From an uncultured Gemmatimonadaceae bacterium (GTDB lineage: Bacteria > Gemmatimonadota > Gemmatimonadetes > Gemmatimonadales > Gemmatimonadaceae), in NCBI GenBank assembly GCA_963817955.1, contig CAWFQK010000002.1:768001-832000 (forward strand): 64,000 bases of DNA, in the 5' to 3' direction. The position numbers and the translations under genes are program-made. The notes under the pieces are model-generated. The model had not been told where the DNA came from. It ran no database searches and saw nothing but the letters and a program-made list of their open reading frames with translations. How positions within the stretch are numbered: the stretch's first letter is position 1; each line of letters opens with the position of its first letter. Shown here in pieces: positions 61,640-64,000 of the stretch.

Positions 61640-63176
61640 CTTGTCCACCACCACCCGCCTGCACCCCCGGAAGATTCAGCATGAAGGTGGACCCCTGTCC
61701 AACCGTGCTCCGGACCGTCACGTCGCCACCCATGGCCCGCGCCAACTCGCGACTGATCGCCAGCCCCAAACCTGTTCCTTCATGTTGCGACGTCAGCGAA
61801 CGGCCCACCTGCACGAATGCGTCGAAGATCGCCGCCAGCTTGTCCGCAGGAACGCCGATGCCGTCGTCCTCCACCGCCAGCGTACACCGGTCGCCGGTGC
61901 GATCACAGCTCACCTGCACGTGGCCACCTGGCTTGGTAAACTTGACGGCGTTCGACAACAGATTGAGAAGGATCTGCTCGACTTTCTGCCGATCGGCGCA
62001 GGCCACGACATCGCGTACACACGCCACGCGTCGCACGACCACGCCTTTGGCGCGCGCCTGCGGCTCGATCAACGGCACCATGGCGTCGATGACTTCCGAT
62101 AGCGAAACGGGCGCCAGATCGTACGCCAATTGTCCCGCTTCGATCCGCCCGAGATTCAGCAGGTCGTTGATGATTCCGAGCAAGTGCTGCTGGCTGGCGC
62201 GAATGCGATCGAGATACTGCTCCTGCTGCGGGCTCACGGCGCCAGCGGCGCCCATCGCAAGCAAGTCGGCGTAGCCGCCAATCGCGTTCAGCGGCGTGCG
62301 CAGCTCGTGCGACATCGCCGTGAGGAACTCGCTCTTCGCGCGGTTCGCGGCCTCCACTTCGGCAATGCGACGAGCATCGGCCAGCGATCGCTCCTGGGCT
62401 GCACGGCGTTCGGTGAGATCGCGCGTCACCTTGGCGAATCCCACCAGTGTGCCCGTGGAATCTCGAAGCGCCGTGATCACGACATTCGCCCAAAACCGCG
62501 TGCCATCCTTTCGCAAACGCCAGCCTTCGTCCTCCAGTCGGCCCTCGTCGCTGGCCACCTCCAACTCCCACTTCGGTTTGCCCCATGCCAGGTCTTCGGC
62601 GGGATAGAACGCGGAGAAGTGTTGTCCGACGATCTCACCCACCGTGTACCCCATGATCCTGTGCGCCCCTTCGTTCCAGCTCAGCACTCGGCCATCAACG
62701 TCGAGCATGAAGATGCCGTAGTCCTTCACGCTCTGGATGATGAGCCGAGACCGCGCTTCGCTCTGGCGCAGCTCCTCGTCCGCGAGACGCTGGAGCGTGA
62801 GGTCGCGCGTGACATTGGCAAACCCGAGCAGCGCGCCGTTCTCGTCGTGCAACGTGGTCACCACCACGTTGGCCCAGAACCGTGAGCCGTCCTTCCGAAC
62901 CCGCCACCCTTCCTCTTCCATCGAGCCGCGGGCTGTAGCCTCGCGCAGTTCCCACTCCGGGTTGCCGGAGGCAATTGCCTCCGGCGGATAGAACTGCGAC
63001 CAGTGGTGTCCGATGATCTCTTCTGCGCGATATCCATTGATGCTCTCGGCGCCCGCATTCCACGTCACGACATTGCCGTTCACATCGAGCGCAAAGATGG
63101 CGTAGTCGCGAACCGAATCGACGAGGATGCGGAAGAGTTCGTTCGAAGCCGACAATCGCGCCGCGATATCCGTCAT
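61608..63176 (-). CDS. Cytoplasmic sensor histidine kinase with two PAS domains
   Basis: Two DYAIF/DYGIF..RKDG.RFWANV PAS-PAC repeats; SHELRTPL; NLLSNAVKFT; DDGIG; GTGLGL. Confidence 0.93.
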   Translation of the reverse strand: MTDIAARLSASNELFRILVDSVRDYAIFALDVNGNVVTWNAGAESINGYRAEEIIGHHWSQFYPPEAIASGNPEWELREATARGSMEEEGWRVRKDGSRFWANVVVTTLHDENGALLGFANVTRDLTLQRLADEELRQSEARSRLIIQSVKDYGIFMLDVDGRVLSWNEGAHRIMGYTVGEIVGQHFSAFYPAEDLAWGKPKWELEVASDEGRLEDEGWRLRKDGTRFWANVVITALRDSTGTLVGFAKVTRDLTERRAAQERSLADARRIAEVEAANRAKSEFLTAMSHELRTPLNAIGGYADLLAMGAAGAVSPQQEQYLDRIRASQQHLLGIINDLLNLGRIEAGQLAYDLAPVSLSEVIDAMVPLIEPQARAKGVVVRRVACVRDVVACADRQKVEQILLNLLSNAVKFTKPGGHVQVSCDRTGDRCTLAVEDDGIGVPADKLAAIFDAFVQVGRSLTSQHEGTGLGLAISRELARAMGGDVTVRSTVGQGSTFMLNLPGVQAGGGGQEKRSRRKITT

Positions 63177-63183
63177 CTCAGAG

Positions 63184-64000
63184 TCACCGCCCCGGAGGCC
63201 GCCTCGGAACCGGGCTCATGGAAGAACCAGCCTGCACAGCGCCGGACCCGGCCGCGCCAGCCTTGAGAATTCTCTGACGTGCCTGGTATGCTTCGCCATC
63301 GATGATCCATGACGCGGCCGGTTCCCCCTTGAGGTAATAGCCGAACCACTCGAGCTGCCGGTGCAGGTAGTCCGCCTGACTCTCCGGACGCGCCACATTG
63401 TGGTTCTCGCCCTCGTATACGAGATACACCACGTTCTTCCCAAGGCGCCGCCCAAAATTGTAGAGCTCCTCGCTCTGGAAATGATTCACGTTGCCGTCGG
63501 CGTCACCTTCCTCGAGGAGCAGCGGCGTCTGGAGCGAATCCACCGCGAAGACAGTGGAATTTCGAATGTACGCCTGCGGATCCTCCCAGAGTGGAACCTG
63601 CATCCGCTCCTGGCTCGTTTCGTAGTGCCCCGTTTCCGGGAGGCCGCTGTTGCCGGAGGTGTACCCGTACATGCTGATCAAATCCGTGAGCGGAGCCCCG
63701 GCGATCGTCGCGGCAAACATGCCGTGTCCGTGCACGGCATAGAACGCTGACTGGTAGCCGCCCCACGAGTGCCCCATGTTGCCGACCCGTTTCGGATCGA
63801 TATCGCGCACCTTGTCCAGCACGGTTCGCACCGCCGACGTGACGCAGTCGAGTCCGGAATACCCCGGATTGCGGGGTTGAAACACGATATCCGGACGCAG
63901 AACGAAATAGCCATTCTGGCTGAACACGTTCGTGTTGTACGGATTGCGTTCGTTCGGCGTCACGTACTGATGGAATCCCTGCGACAGTTTCTCGTAGTAG
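63184..64000 (-). CDS. S9 prolyl oligopeptidase family protein, C-terminal part
   Basis: GHSWGG nucleophile, DGNV, YEGENH; the ORF begins outside the window. Confidence 0.88.
   Translation of the reverse strand, partial: YYEKLSQGFHQYVTPNERNPYNTNVFSQNGYFVLRPDIVFQPRNPGYSGLDCVTSAVRTVLDKVRDIDPKRVGNMGHSWGGYQSAFYAVHGHGMFAATIAGAPLTDLISMYGYTSGNSGLPETGHYETSQERMQVPLWEDPQAYIRNSTVFAVDSLQTPLLLEEGDADGNVNHFQSEELYNFGRRLGKNVVYLVYEGENHNVARPESQADYLHRQLEWFGYYLKGEPAASWIIDGEAYQARQRILKAGAAGSGAVQAGSSMSPVPRRPPGR

Noticed and set aside
61592..64000. Genomic island integrated at tRNA-Pro
   Set aside because: No integrase, no duplicated tRNA 3' end and no clear compositional shift within the window

Overview
GC-rich bacterial chromosome segment. 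Gene content and gene order suggest Gemmatimonadota (inference). Most of it is housekeeping: the 5' part of gcvP, a lipoate ligase, an Opp/Dpp ABC operon plus a POT transporter, lipA-pdhABC-lpdA-lipB, a UvrD helicase, dnaE-accA-ricT-metG, a TPM-nucleotidyltransferase-LemA operon, dsbA-waaA, an EAL protein and receiver protein, a SusC/SusD locus, the F1 genes atpAGDC, a four-helix-bundle gene, a sigma-70 factor, five tRNAs, a PAS histidine kinase and part of an S9 peptidase. I see no transposase, integrase, reverse transcriptase, cas gene or prophage. The unusual signal is non-coding and lies in a set of modular repeat elements. (1) A ~1.5 kb nested inverted-repeat element (43132-44625) has 294-bp arms. 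It encloses about 24 phased CCGCG-core units with a period of ~20.6 bp and variable spacers. (2) Two ~400-500 bp fold-back elements (38703-39220 and 59225-59628) have 92-95 bp arms that change in step within each copy, around a shared 150-nt core. (3) GGGACAC heptamer arrays start just after stop codons, always in the mRNA sense. (4) One copy of the repeat appears to supply the RBS and start codon of lipB. There is also a candidate sigma-54 promoter with a structured leader at 13.8-14.0 kb. Product calls come from motifs recognised by eye; no database search was run.
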